Shown here: positions 1-12,689 of the stretch, in pieces
Position numbering within the stretch: position 1 is the stretch's first letter
Layout of the letters: every line of letters starts with the position of its first letter
NCBI RefSeq assembly: GCF_002113885.1
Contig: NW_018404017.1
Span: 1,352,281 to 1,416,280 of the forward strand
DNA length: 64,000 bases
Source of the DNA: Mizuhopecten yessoensis
Lineage: Eukaryota
Reading direction: 5' to 3'
Notes under the pieces: generated by a model
What the model saw: the letters and a program-made list of their open reading frames with translations, nothing else
What the model was told of the DNA's origin: nothing
Database searches by the model: none
Position numbers and translations under genes: made by a program

Positions 1-623
1 CCATGTGGGCAATACACAATACAATATGGAAAGGATCCGATGGACTAAACAAGTCTCACAAACTTGTGTTCCGCTTCACCATATATTCCACGTCCGCTAA
101 TCATGGATATATACCCCACCGCAGAAGGGTCTAGCACCGATGTGCTGAGAACGGTCTAGCACCGATGTGCTATAATGCAGGCCTCCGGCTCCGCAGATGA
201 CCTGAGGACTGCTGCCTCACTGACGAATGACGTCAGTACAACTATGAGTTGTCTGCCCTTGTAGAACTGACCCACTGTGTGTAGCACCAGTTGTCTGCCC
301 TTGTGGAACTGACCCAATGTGTGTCGCGCCAGTTGTCTCGTCCACCTACCAACCCGTTCATGGAAATCACATCTCAGGTGTTATGTGTCTGAAGTCCGGG
401 TGGTTTTTTATGGCACATTGACATACACGTCCATCTTGGACAGATCGGCTCTCGTGTAGTCCTTTGACCACTATCGGACGCTCTCGCAAACACATACTCA
501 CCTCGAAGCGGGAATATTTAAAAACCGAGATTCATACAAATAAGTATAAAACAATATACATCATCAATACTAACATAAATATATATATATACAACATTCC
601 TTTACCAATATGCGATCGTGACA
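1..623 (-). mobile_element. Putative LTR or LTR-retrotransposon end inserted into a LINE (runs off the window start)
   Basis: The minus strand begins TGTCACGATCG at 623, a TG-type LTR terminus. LINE coding sequence resumes immediately after 623. Short internal tandem duplications occur at 128-171 and ~248-337. The other end and TSD are outside the window. Confidence 0.4.
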
Positions 624-1742
624 CACATATTCCAAATTCAAACACAAGAACAACTGATGTCTTTAAGTTTTTAGGAAATAGGTAAACTAATATTATTCTC
701 TGTCAGTTGAGAAATGAGGCCAGTAACCTAAATAATGACCGTCAGAAAGATTATCTTACTGAGTCCTCTGCATGTTCTTGTGGTTCTAGATTTGAAACAG
801 CATCTCATTACTTCCATGATTGTATCAAATACACTGAAGATCGTATTCTACTTTTTCAGAATATATTCCATGAAACTCACAACCATTTATCATTGGATGT
901 CATGCTAAATGGTTGTGAGAGAAGTGATGAAAATGAAAATAAACATATTCTCCTATCTATATCCAATTACATTCTAAGTTCTAGAAGATTCAGGACATTT
1001 AACTTCGATTTTGAATGAAATTTTACATTTTATTTATTGACACTTTATTTATTTATTTACATTTTATTTGTTCCCAATGTAATTCTTCTGATTTCCAGAA
1101 ATGGTACATGAATATTAATATTAATATTTCCTATTTGTCTTCATTGTTTATTTTTAAATATTGTTAGTGAGGGGGGCTGGGGTTCAGAAGACCAGTTATA
1201 CTATTTTATTAAAAAATATTGGGAAACAACTACATAATTAAGAATATAAAGCTTTACAACATGTTAATTATATATCTAACCTGTGTTTAATATGCAAAAA
1301 TTAAACTATTTGGTGGGATTGAATTTCCAAACTCATCAGTGGATGGCCTTGTGGGATACAGTGGACTTTTTGGCCTGTATCTGTTGGGTGCGGTAATTTA
1401 ATCCCATCAAATGTTTATACATGCAGCTCCATCAACAAATTATTTTTCTTTTCTCTTCATAATATGTATATACCAGTATATATTTTATATGTCTTTTCAA
1501 TATCAAAATAAAAGGTTAGAATTCAAACCATTAGATTCAATTATAATAAAAATGAGTATTAGTAGTTGTTTCCCCTAATTTGATTATTAATTTGATAATA
1601 CCAACTTGTTTATATGTGTTTGTATGTGTTCTATGTCTATGCTTGTACCACTGTCTGTTACTATGTTTGGAAAGGGCTTAAATAGGCTATGCCTGCTGCC
1701 CAATCCATTTGTCCTTTGACAATAAAATTTATTGAAATTGAA
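624..1742 (+). mobile_element. CR1/L2-group LINE copy 1: ORF2 C-terminus, 3' UTR and tail
   Basis: Translates TTDVFKFLGNR*TNIILCQLRNEASNLN..CSCGSRFETASHYFHDC, a Cys/His C-terminal motif of CR1/L2 ORF2. The 3' end has an AGGC-TAT-GCCT stem-loop, AATAAA at 1721 and a GAAATT-type tail, homologous to 6303-6390. Confidence 0.8.
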
Positions 1743-3080
1743 AAAGGTTGTTTTACAGTCTGGCCTAGCCTCTGTCTGTTCCTTATATCAAACACATGTT
1801 GTTTTACAGTCTTACCGAGCCTCTGTCTGTTCCTTATATCAAACACAGGTTGTTTTACAGCCAGGCCAAACCTCTGTCTGTTCCTTACATCAAACAAAGG
1901 TTGTTTTACAGTCTGGCCGAGCCTCTGTCTGTTCCTTATATCAAACAAAGGTTGTTTTACAGTCTGGCCTAGCCTCTGTCTGTTCCTTATATCAAACAAA
2001 TGTTGTTTTACAGTCTGATCTAGCCCCTGTTTGTTCCTTATATCAAACAAAGGTTATAACTAACAATCGATGTTTTACAACCTTGCCTAGCTCCGTTCGT
2101 CTATATAACAACTAACAAAGATTGTTTTACAGTTTGGCCTAGCCTCTGCCTGTTCCTTATATCAAACACAGGTTGTTTTACAATCTGGCCTGACTCTGTC
2201 TATTCCTTATATTAAACACATGTTGTTTTACAGTCTGGCCTAGCCTCTGTCTGTTCCTTATATTAAACACAGGTTGTTTTACAGTCTGGCCTATCCTCTG
2301 TCTGTTACTTATATCAAACACCATGTTGTTTTACAGTCTTACCGAGCCTCTGTCTGTTCCTTATATCAAACACAGGTTGTTTTACAGCCTGGCCAAGCCT
2401 CTTCCTGTTCCTTATATCAAACACATGTTGTTGTACAGTCTGACCGAGCCTCTGTCTGTTCCTTATATCAAACAAAGGTTGTTTTACAGTCTGGCCTAGC
2501 CTCTGTTTGATCCTTATATCAAACAAAGGTTGTTTTACAGTCTGGCCTAGCCTCTGCCTGTTTCTTATATCAAGCACATGTTGTTTTACAGTCTGACCGA
2601 GCCTCTGTCTGTTCCTTATATCAAACAAAGGTTGTTTTATAGTCTGGCCTAGCTTCTGTTTGTTCCTTATATCAAACAAAGGTTGTTTTACAGTCTGACA
2701 TAGTCTCTGTCTGTTTCTTATATCAAACAAAGGTTGTTTTACAGTCTGGCCTAGCCTATGTCTGTTCCTTATATCAAACACAGGTTGTTTTACAGTCTGG
2801 CCTAGGCTCTGTCTATTCCTTATTTCAAACATTTTCTTTTATAGTATGGCCTAGGCTCTGTCTTTTCCTTATATCAAACAATTGTGTTTTACAGTCTGGC
2901 ATAGGCTCTTTCTATTCCTTATATAAAACAAAGGTTGTTTCACAGTCTGTTCCTTATATCAAACAAAGATTGTTTTACAGTCTGGCCTAGTCTCTGTCTG
3001 TTCCTTATATCAAACAAATGTTGTTTTACAGTCTGGTCTAGACTCTGTTTGTTCCTTATGTCAAACAAAGGTTGTTTTAC
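1743..3080. repeat. 51-bp satellite, type A (GGTTGTTTTACAGTCTGGCCTAGCCTCTGTCTGTTCCTTATATCAAACAAA), ~26 monomers
   Basis: Directly visible tandem array with a 51-bp period. One type-B monomer is embedded at ~2055-2120. Confidence 0.97.
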
Positions 3081-4059
3081 CTAATACTGAACTAATAATT
3101 TCATGTTACTCTGAAAATCTTTATAGGCTGGATAGAAAAACTGGTCCTGGTGGTGGGGTTTTAATCTATCACAAAAATAACATTTTCACCAAAAGACGAC
3201 ATGATCTTGAACATGATGAAGTTGAAATGATATGGGTGGAAATTCACATTGAGTCGCACAGGTTTCTTCTGGCTTGTCTATATAGACCAAAATCACCAGT
3301 TAGATATTGGGAAATTTTAGATTCAGTCATTGAAAAAGCTGTGAACACTGACTTAGATATAGTGATTACTGGTGATATTAATATCAATATGTTAAATAGT
3401 CAACCCCATTCGCACCTTGATAGACTAATAACAAAATTTAATCTTTCTAATTTTATCACAGACCTCACCCTTATCACTCCAACTTCATCAACTTCAATTG
3501 ATTTTGTCTTTTCCAACAACAGAAATATAGTTAAAAATGCATCTGTGCTTCCTCCTATATGTAGTGACCATTCTCTGATACAATTTAACATTTCCTATGC
3601 AGTTTTTAAAAAACAAACCTATCGAAAGAAAATTCTTATTTATCAAGATGCAGATTATGATCAGATGAATAGATGTATTTTAGAAAAAGATTGGGAAAAC
3701 CTTATCAATATACATGATACAAATGAATTTAACAATATTTTATGTGATACAATAAAGCACTTAATTAATGAATCTATACCCACTAAGCATGTAACAATTA
3801 GACCAAATGATAAAAAATGGATGACTAATGCTATTAGACTACATATAAGACAACGAAATAGGGCTCATAGGAAAGCAAAATCTAGTAATTCGGCTTTTCA
3901 CTGGGAAAATTATAGAAAAAAAAGAAATGAATCCATTAGTAGAATATGTGATGCCAAGAAAAAGTATGTTGAAAATTTACAAAAATCATTAAATGACAAA
4001 ACTATTTCCCCTAACAAGTGGTGGAAAATTGCACGAAATGTCCTTAATATAAACAACAA
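3081..4059 (+). pseudogene. CR1/L2-group LINE ORF2 fragment: APE endonuclease and linker, RT core missing
   Basis: Open frame from 3083 carries APE motifs YRLDR..GGGVLIY, LYRP, TGDININM, SIDFVF and SDH, then the KKWMTNAI..R.RNRAHRKA linker typical of CR1/L2. It fuses abruptly to satellite at ~4060. Confidence 0.9.
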
Positions 4060-5127
4060 CTGGCCTAGCCTCTGTCTTTTCCTTATATTAAAAACATGTT
4101 GTTTTACAGTCTTGCCTAGCCTCTGTCTGTTCCTTACATCAAACAAAGGTTGTTTTACACGTTTACGTAGAGGGACATCAGATGATAAATTATACAAGGA
4201 ATTTGGTTGGGAAACTTTGAGCTGCAGAAGAAATAAACATAAACTAATTTTAATGTATCATGTAACAATTAGACCACATGATAAAAAATGGATGACTAAT
4301 GCTATTTGACTACATATAAGACAACGAAATAGGGCTCATAGGAAAGCAAAATCTAGTAATTCGGCTTTTCACTGGGAAAATTATAGAAAAAAAAAGAAAT
4401 GAATCCATTAGTAGAATATGTGATGCCAAGAAAAAGTATGTTGAAAATTTACAAAAATCATTAAATGACAAAACTATTTCCCCTAACAAGTGGTGGAAAA
4501 TTGCACGAAATGTCCTTAATATAAACAACAACTGGCCTAGCCTCTGTCTTTTCCTTATATTAAACACATGTTGTTTTACAGTCTTACCGAGCCTCTGTCT
4601 GTTCCTTATATTAAACACATGTTGTTTTACAGTCTGACCGAGCCTCTGTCTGTTCCTTATATTAAACACATGTTGTTTTACAGTCTTACCGAGCCTCTGT
4701 CTGTTCCTTACATCAAACAAAGGTTGTTTTACAGTCTGGCCTAGGCTCTGTATGTTCCTTATATCAAACGCATGTTGTTGTACAGTCTGACCGAGCCTCT
4801 GTCTGTTCCTTACATCAAACAAAGGTTGTTTTACACGTTTACGTAGAGGGACATCACATGATAAATTATACACTGTTCCTTATATCAAACGCATGTTGTT
4901 GTACAGTCTGACCGAGCCTCTGTCTGTTCCTTATATTAAACACAGGTTGTTTTACAGCCTGGCCAAGCCTCTTCCTGTTCCTTATATCAAACGCATGTTG
5001 TTGTACAGTCTGACCGAGCCTCTGTCTGTTCCTTACATCAAACAAAGGTTGTTTTACACGTTTACGTAGAGGGACATCACATGATAAATTATACACTGTT
5101 CCTTATATCAAACAAAGGTTGTTTTAC
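4060..5127. repeat. Scrambled tandem duplications of LINE pieces and type-A satellite
   Basis: 3788-4258 is re-copied from 4259. The junction TTTTAC|ACGTTTACGTAGAGGGACATC recurs at 4159, 4835, 5058 and 5128. Confidence 0.85.
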
Positions 5128-6390
5128 ACGTTTACGTAGAGGGACATCACATGATAAATTATACAAGGAATTTGGTTGGGAAACTTTGAGCTGCAGAAGA
5201 AATAAACATAAACTAATTTTAATGTATAGAATAATGAATAATGAAACCCCAGATTACCTAAGAGAAAGTATTCAACCATATATTCATGATGAAACCCTTG
5301 ACAGATATCCCCTCCGAACAAACAGATTATTTGATCCCCCTTTATGTCGTACTTTAAAATATGTTGAAAGTTTTTTTCCGTCCATGCTAAAAGAAATGAA
5401 TAGACTTGCCCCAGATATTACTAACATCCAATCTACCGCACAGTTAAAAAGGTTACTAACTACAAAGCAATATATGAAATCTGAAACAAGTGATGTTTTT
5501 AAATACTTTGGCAATCGTGATGTAAACATTATACTTTGCCAATTAAGAAATAATGCTAGTAATCTAAATTATGATCGTTATAAAGATCACTTAATTGAAT
5601 CTCCAATGTGTGAGTGTAACGGATCTTTCGAAACTGCTGCACATTATTTTTCTGAATATAATCAATATAATAATATTCGCCAGACTCTCCAACAGAGTTN
5701 CTTTGATAATTACTAATTTAGCTGTTATATATACCTATTGAATGAAATTGGCTCTGGGCAGCTTAGATGGGTTTTTTTCTTTCTTTTTTTTGTGTGTTTT
5801 TGTGTTGTTGTTGTTTTTTTTTGTTTTTTTTTCTGTTTTCTTCTTCTTTAAGCTTACATCAAGATATGGAGTAACTCCTTTCAATTTAATTAAAGAATTA
5901 CTACATTACTTACAGGAGTTGGTGTAGCCCTACTTACAAATTATATATCTATTTGCTGAAATTGGCTTTTGATCCTTAACAGTGTGTGATGGCTAGTGTG
6001 TTATACATATGGACTGTATGGTCTGTATCTGTTGAGGGAATAAATCCAATATCACCAAATGTTTATACTCAACAGTTTACCTTATATGAATACCAGTAAC
6101 TCATTGTCTAATACTTGATGCTATTCACTGAAGATAATAGTCTAGTAAATATCTCAAATTTAATATCCCTAGTGAAAGGGTTACTATATCTCAAGAATAT
6201 TGAACAAGTCTGTTTACATCAAGGAGTTACTTCCCCTTATCCCAAACATCATATCAATGTACAAATATATGTCTGTGTTTTTTACCACCTGTTGTCACTT
6301 TAAGAAGAGGACTTAGATAGGCTATGCCTGATGTCTGATCCTATTGACTATTGCTTATATTGTCAATAAAATTTGTTGAAATTGAAATTG
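5128..6390 (+). mobile_element. 5'-truncated CR1/L2-group LINE copy 2 with TSD
   Basis: Translates RLRRGTSHDKLYKEFGWETLSCRR..TPDYL..IILCQLRNNASNLN..CECNGSFETAAHYF. It has the 3' stem-loop, AATAAA at 6365 and a (GAAATT)2 tail. AAAGGTTGTTTTAC flanks it on both sides (5114-5127 and 6391-6404). Confidence 0.85.
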
Positions 6391-7240
6391 AAAGGTTGTT
6401 TTACAGTCTGGCCTAGCCTCTGTCTGTTCCTTACATCAGATTGTTTTACACCCTGGCTTAGATCTGTTTGCCTACATTACAACTAATAAAGGTTGTTTTA
6501 CATCCTGGCTTAGCACCGCTCGTCTACATGACACATAACAATGGCTAATTTTCACCCTGGGTTAGCTCCGTTCGTCTACATTACAACTAACAAGATTGTT
6601 TTACACCCTGGCTTAGCTCCGTTGGTCTACATTACAACTAACAAAGATTGTTTTACACCCTGGCTTAGCTCCGTTCGTCTACATTACATCTAACAAAGAT
6701 TGTTTTACACCCTGGCTTAGCTCCTTTGGTCTACATTACAACTAACAAAGATTGTTTTACACCCTGGCTTAGCTCCGTTTGTCTACATTACAACTAACAA
6801 AGGTTGTTTTACACCCTGGCCTAGCGTCTGTTGCGTTTACATTATAACTAACAATCGATGTTTTACAACCTTGCCTGGCTCCGTTCGTATATATAACAAC
6901 TAACAAAGATTGTTTTACACCCTGGCTAATCTCTGTTTCGTCTACATTACAACTAACAATGGTTGTGTTACTCCTTGGCTTAGCTCCGTAGGTCTACATT
7001 ACAGCTGATAAAGGTTGTTTTACACTCTGGCTGAGCTCCGTTCGTCTACATGACAAATACCAATGGTTGTTTTACACCCTGGCGTAGCTCCATTGGTCTA
7101 TATTACAACTAATAAAGGTTGTTTTACACCCTGACCTGGCGTCTGTTTCGTTTACATTGTAATTAGCAATCGATGTTTTACAACCTTGCCTAGCTCCGTT
7201 GGTCTCCATTACAACTAACAAAGTTTGTTTTACAACATAG
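6391..7240. repeat. 52-bp satellite, type B (GATTGTTTTACACCCTGGCTTAGCTCCGTTCGTCTACATTACAACTAACAAA), preceded by one type-A unit
   Basis: Tandem array with a 52-bp period (e.g. 6601 vs 6653). Shares the TTGTTTTACA...TGGC.TAGC core with type A. Confidence 0.93.
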
Positions 7241-9267
7241 CTAATTGACTCGTGCTATCATAGTTAGATTGATGGCATGTTTTTCTTTCCTTAGTCATAT
7301 TTATAATTCAGTGTTTTGAATTCACGAACGATGAATTGTATTCAGAATCAGTTTTGTTGTTGGTTTGTTTATTACAATGGATATTGTTTCATTTAGTACG
7401 TACTAATACACGTATCTAAATAAACACGTGGTACAAATCGTTTTATTGTCCAACAATGGCAGTGGTAAAGTGCTCTGCCTAACTTCTGTTTTCCTGAAGA
7501 AACAAGCATGAAAGCTCTCGTGAGATCTAGCCAGCCTGTTACACACCAATGAACTATATCACTACCTAACTGTATGTATCCTGCAGTCAGTTTGTTTTGC
7601 ATCTTACCTTACAGTTGATCGATACGACGCCCCCAGTTATATTGAATATAAATTCATACGAATAATTCAGTCATTGTATGATCTTATGGTAATAACATAT
7701 CGCAAATATGTGGTTCAGAAATAATTGTTAATCCTTGGCTAATGACAAAATAACACAGGGACACACAATGCCCTGGATACGTGACATTTACATCAGGTTA
7801 CAACGGGACATTGATGTTATAGTATCGTTTAACGACAATTTTCATCTTGCCGTATATTTAATTTGTCTGTTCTTAGTATATACTTTGTCACAATACTGTT
7901 GTTATTCCCAAATAGTGCAAAATATTGTATCCTTTATTAAAAAAAGATTGAAAGAAAAGTTTTTTTAATTATCAAAACTTTAATAACATTTAATTTTGCC
8001 TTTTTACATTAAATATTCGGGGGACAGCGCGTCTTTCTCCGTCACATCTTCTATCGGGAGAATCTTTTAACGTTGTCGAGATTGTTGTCACCACATTCAA
8101 ATAAAGTGCATGACTTATGTGCATGATGTGCGTGACATCTGAAAAGAAATAGTGAGTTTATAATCAATTGGCATTAAACTGTTCACGTCATTGCAAAACT
8201 AATCACTCAGTATATAGAAACATTTTGCATTGATTTGTCAATTCATGTTAATATAAAGTAGAATTAAACAACAAATTGCAAGTACTCTAGAATCTGCGGG
8301 GAAAGACGTTGACAGTTTTAGACGCGTTCTTTTGATTTGTTTATAAAACGTAAACTCCACGAAAGTAATTACTTACCTTCAGTAGTTGATATTCACGTGT
8401 CTCTTATCTGGTTACCTTTATAATCAGATTGCTGCTGATTGTAGAAATGTCCAGTGACCATTGTCCAATTAAAAATCGCGCAATTTATGATACGTGTTAT
8501 TTAATTGTTTTGTTCCCGGTCATGACACATTTCTAAATTATCTTTTAAATCTCTACGACACAACCGATGTCAAAACAAATAGCTGACATCTCTGCAAAAT
8601 AACTGATGAGAATAAAGCACTCCTAACGATTCATCATTACATCAAGTTATTATGTATTGGTTTATTATATCAATGTTAGGAATGTGAACCTTTAAAAATG
8701 TAATGTGTAAAAAACAGGTTCAGATTACAGGATATTCATCTCAGACTCAGTTATTGATATTATTTCTTTAATTGCAAATACATATATAAATAAATGAACG
8801 AAAACAACCTAACTAACAATAATGACATATTTTTTTTTATAAATATCATGTCCCGATGATTTTTAAACGTCTCAAATCTGTCGTGCGTTTAGGTACAAGA
8901 ATGCAATTTTTAACTGTATTTTCAAAAACACCACGGTAGTGTCGAAAAATTAATAAACTGGACAATATTTTGTTAGTTTAAAAATATTTCATTGTTATAT
9001 CTTTAAAAATTTCATAATAAGCATATTTATCACATACCTGTTGAATCTTGTTATAGTACTACAAGCAATTTTCAGACCATGGAATACAACGTTCTGTATT
9101 GCACATGTGCAATACGGAATGTTGTATTTACCTACTAGCCGGAACTACTTTTTATGGGAATCCCCTTGTCATTGCGAACTGAAACATTCCCGGCATTTGC
9201 TAAAAATATCAAAGTTTATAAAATCTTTGTATCGATCTCTACCAAATACGGAAGGTATGTGATAAAA

Positions 9268-9382
9268 GCAAGACCACACACTTGTGTTTTTCTAACGAAT
9301 CAGAAAGCACGAGTTTATTGCGCGGACGAATATATTCACGAGCGCGCGGTGATTCGTTAATAACACAAGTGTGTGGTCTTGC
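9268..9382. mobile_element. Hairpin/palindromic non-autonomous element core
   Basis: GCAAGACCACACACTTGTGTT..TAACGAATCA pairs with TGATTCGTTA..AACACAAGTGTGTGGTCTTGC. Confidence 0.6.
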
Positions 9383-10194
9383 ATATGCACTAGACCATTA
9401 TTTGACACTGCATAGGTGTATTGCAGAAGTGAGGTACTGTGTTTGAAGAATATAGTCGATATCTCCAAGTCGGACAGGATAAAGTGATAATAGTCATTCA
9501 GATAAAGATTGCTCCTACATGTAACTATGTGCACATGTAAGTAAAGCAAAAAATGTCAGTATTCCTCTTTTTCCATATTAGAACAAAAATCGGTGATCGA
9601 TGTCAATAGCGATACTTTACTATAGTGTTCCCGTCGAACTAACATAGCAAAGAAATATCATCTTTAATCTTTAAAAAATGTGATATTCTTTAGTGATACT
9701 GTATGTTAATGTTTAGTTATAGCTTTAAAGGTCCTTTTCATTTTAAACATTGTTATAATATCATTAACGGATACTGTATATGCGTACTTCGAGCTTAATG
9801 TGACAGTAGAGTATGATAATGTTCAATTTTACATTAACATTTAACACAGATTTTTCTATTAAGTATCTATATATACATAAAAGTAAACAACGAGTGTTAA
9901 TATGTTGCGTGCATTAGAACAATGTAAACACGGGGTATATCTTTCATGAACACCTTGCCTTATTGAAGTGTTTCCGTCAAACAACTAAGCAAAACTTCAA
10001 ATATTTTAAATCTTTAAAATTTCCATGTGAAACTTATATATTGACACTGTATGTTAAAATAAACACTTACCGCTGTACATGTAGAAATTCTTTGCTGACC
10101 ATGTATATAGATAAACCTGGGCAATTATTGATCTATTATAAAACATAATGTTTATGGAGTACAATTTGCGACACCATTCAAACCACTCACACTA

Positions 10195-10340
10195 TATATG
10201 TATATATATATACATTGTAGGCAGAAATATGTTCAACCCATCATTGATGTATATATATATATATTGTAGGCAGAAATATGTTCAACCTATCATTGATGTA
10301 TATATATATATATTGTAGGCAGAAATATGTTCAACCCATC
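10195..10340. repeat. ~50-bp minisatellite x3
   Basis: (TA)n-TTGTAGGCAGAAATATGTTCAACCYATC repeated three times. Confidence 0.9.
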
Positions 10341-11200
10341 TTGTGGTGATGTATAAAATACTCTTAAACAGAAGATCGAAAATTACATTCCGGGACAATT
10401 TTGTCCATTCAAGCTCTTAATGAGAAATGACTGGTCTTTCTTAAGACCTAAATAATAAAATTAAAATAAAGATAATCTGGCTGAAGAGTCTTCTGAATTG
10501 GCGATAACTATTTGATGTTGTATATATCTTTACAAATTATTTGTAATAAAAAGGTTCTTAGCAACAGCGCAATATGCTTTCGAAATACCTCAAGCAGCGG
10601 TCGTTTTTGATGTACATTTTAATAAATTAATAGAACTAAAATCATAAAATAGCGAGAATATGAAGAAAGGAAACACGTATTGACATTTGTTTTTGTTTGT
10701 TTTGTATATGCCGTTAGCACCACAATGTAACAGTTTTCACGTATTTCGGACTCATCTTCCATCATATATTGTGTAGACTACAGTGACAAGGGGAACAGTG
10801 CCTACACAACCCTTTACATGTATAAACTAACCATGTTATAGTTGTTTACTACAACAGATCATTTATGCAAAAACTAACGTTAAACATTGAAAATACTTCC
10901 ATTACCAAGACCCGTGTTTTCTTGACGCATACCATGCGATAAGACATTGTTTTGATTTGTAGAGCCAAGCTATAAGTTGACAGACGTTTGAAAAATATTT
11001 GAAAACATATTAAATAGGTAATGTTAATCTTCAAAAATATTTAAAAATACATTTTAAATAAGAAATTCGCATCATGTAACATACTTTACAATACATCAAA
11101 TAGGTAATTTGATCGTGAATTTTTTGACAATATGTTAACAATCATGTTATCCTCAACGCTGTCATAACGTTTTCTCATTAAAACATAATTGATCCCTTAC

Positions 11201-11391
11201 CTGAATTTCGATCCGTCCATATTGAAGCGAAGCTTCCAACTCCCACCGAATCTTTGACGCTGTGTCGCCGTATACAATACACAGTGATATCCCGATATAT
11301 GGTCTTGTGTTTGTAATTGATCTAGAAGTACCACATACTCGTAGGCACTGTTCCGTTGTATGGTTTATCGGCTGATTGTTATATGTTAGTA
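11201..11391 (-). CDS. Candidate isolated coding exon (Cys-containing, product unknown)
   Basis: Minus-strand acceptor CTTTTGCAG| and donor CAG|GTAAGG bound a 191-bp segment. It is open in one frame: LTYNNQPINHTTEQCLRVCGTSRSITNTRPYIGISLCIVYGDTASKIRWELEASLQYGRIEIQ. Confidence 0.3.
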
Positions 11392-12550
11392 CTGCAAAAG
11401 CGTAGGTAGCGTTCCGTAGTACGAATATTTAGTCACTTAGTACCTAAAACACATTAGTAGTAGTGCCCCGGTTTTTAATTTCACGATTAACTTTCCCTAC
11501 GGTAATAATTACCAAACACGGTGTACAGGTCCATGTTAATGGTTTTCCAAGTACCTAAAACTCATAAGTAATGTACTAGTTCATGGTTTGATGACTGACT
11601 GTAAGTTTCAGCAACTGTACGTAAATACCACATACAAATAGGCACTGTAGAGTTAAACTAGTTTTTTAATTACGCGTAAGAATACCCCAGAGATATCGTT
11701 TGATTACTGACAATGGTCTCAAATCGTCAATATTCTAACAGATGGTTCCCGACACATAACGTTTGACGTGTGTGACTTGTCTCTAACTCCCCAATCTGCA
11801 TATGAATAACCCGTAATGATGGATGATTTGACTGATATTCAGTTCTTTATACACATTCCGATATATGCTTAAATTTGCTGATAGTCTCTCTACCTTATCA
11901 CAGCGCTGATTTGCTGGAACCATTTACGATGCATTGCGCACTTGCCTACGCTTATAAGGGTTGCAATACATGTATGTGTTCATCGATTATTATTCCGACG
12001 ATATGTTGCATTATTTTGACATGTGTTACTATGTTGGTTTATTGGGACGTTTTTTTTTAGACTTTATCATGGTTCCACTCATCTCGGAATCGTCGCTTAT
12101 TTTACACGTTCGAGATTTTCCCGTGAAACACTAAGCATGATTTTCCCTGCAACCTGTCACTTCAAGGGACTTTCAGATAGCACGATAGATGAAAGATAAT
12201 TTTATTGAAAAAAAGAAGATATATTGTCACGATGGGGACACAAATGATGATTTCGTATAACTATTCTTTTCGAACAGAACATATTAGTCCTATTACGGGA
12301 TAAAAATATATATACCCTATCCTTAGGGCATATAAAAGCAACGTCCTACCTAGATAAAGATAAACTCTCTGCATAAAACAGTGTACGGTCAAGAATTTCT
12401 GAAATATCAGCCCTCGCTTTGAAATTTCTTTATCCTGTAGGTGGTGATATTATCAGTCACACTATGGTACATCCCATCAGTATGGAAATTATTGAGGATA
12501 TCTATGTACTTTTATGTCTTAATTGGTTATATGTATAGATTATTACACTT

Positions 12551-12689
12551 TATTTTCAGGGTTTGTCGTAAGAACAATTTTCTCATCGCGAGCACATGGA
12601 TAAAAACGAGAGGCCAACACAGGTGGACTCGAGATTTTATCGGCGTGTGAGCGATGAGAAAATTGTTCGAACGACAAACACTGAAAATA
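12551..12689. mobile_element. Hairpin/palindromic element core (~60-bp arms)
   Basis: TATTTTCAGGGTTTGTCGTAAGAACAATTTTCTCATCGC pairs with GCGATGAGAAAATTGTTCGAACGACAAACACTGAAAATA. Confidence 0.65.

Noticed and set aside
1661-5096. 17-aa repeat ORFs (FDIRNRQRLGQTVKQPL)n on both strands
   Set aside because: By-product of a 51-bp (3n) satellite that is open in several frames. Indels break the frames and there is no gene context.
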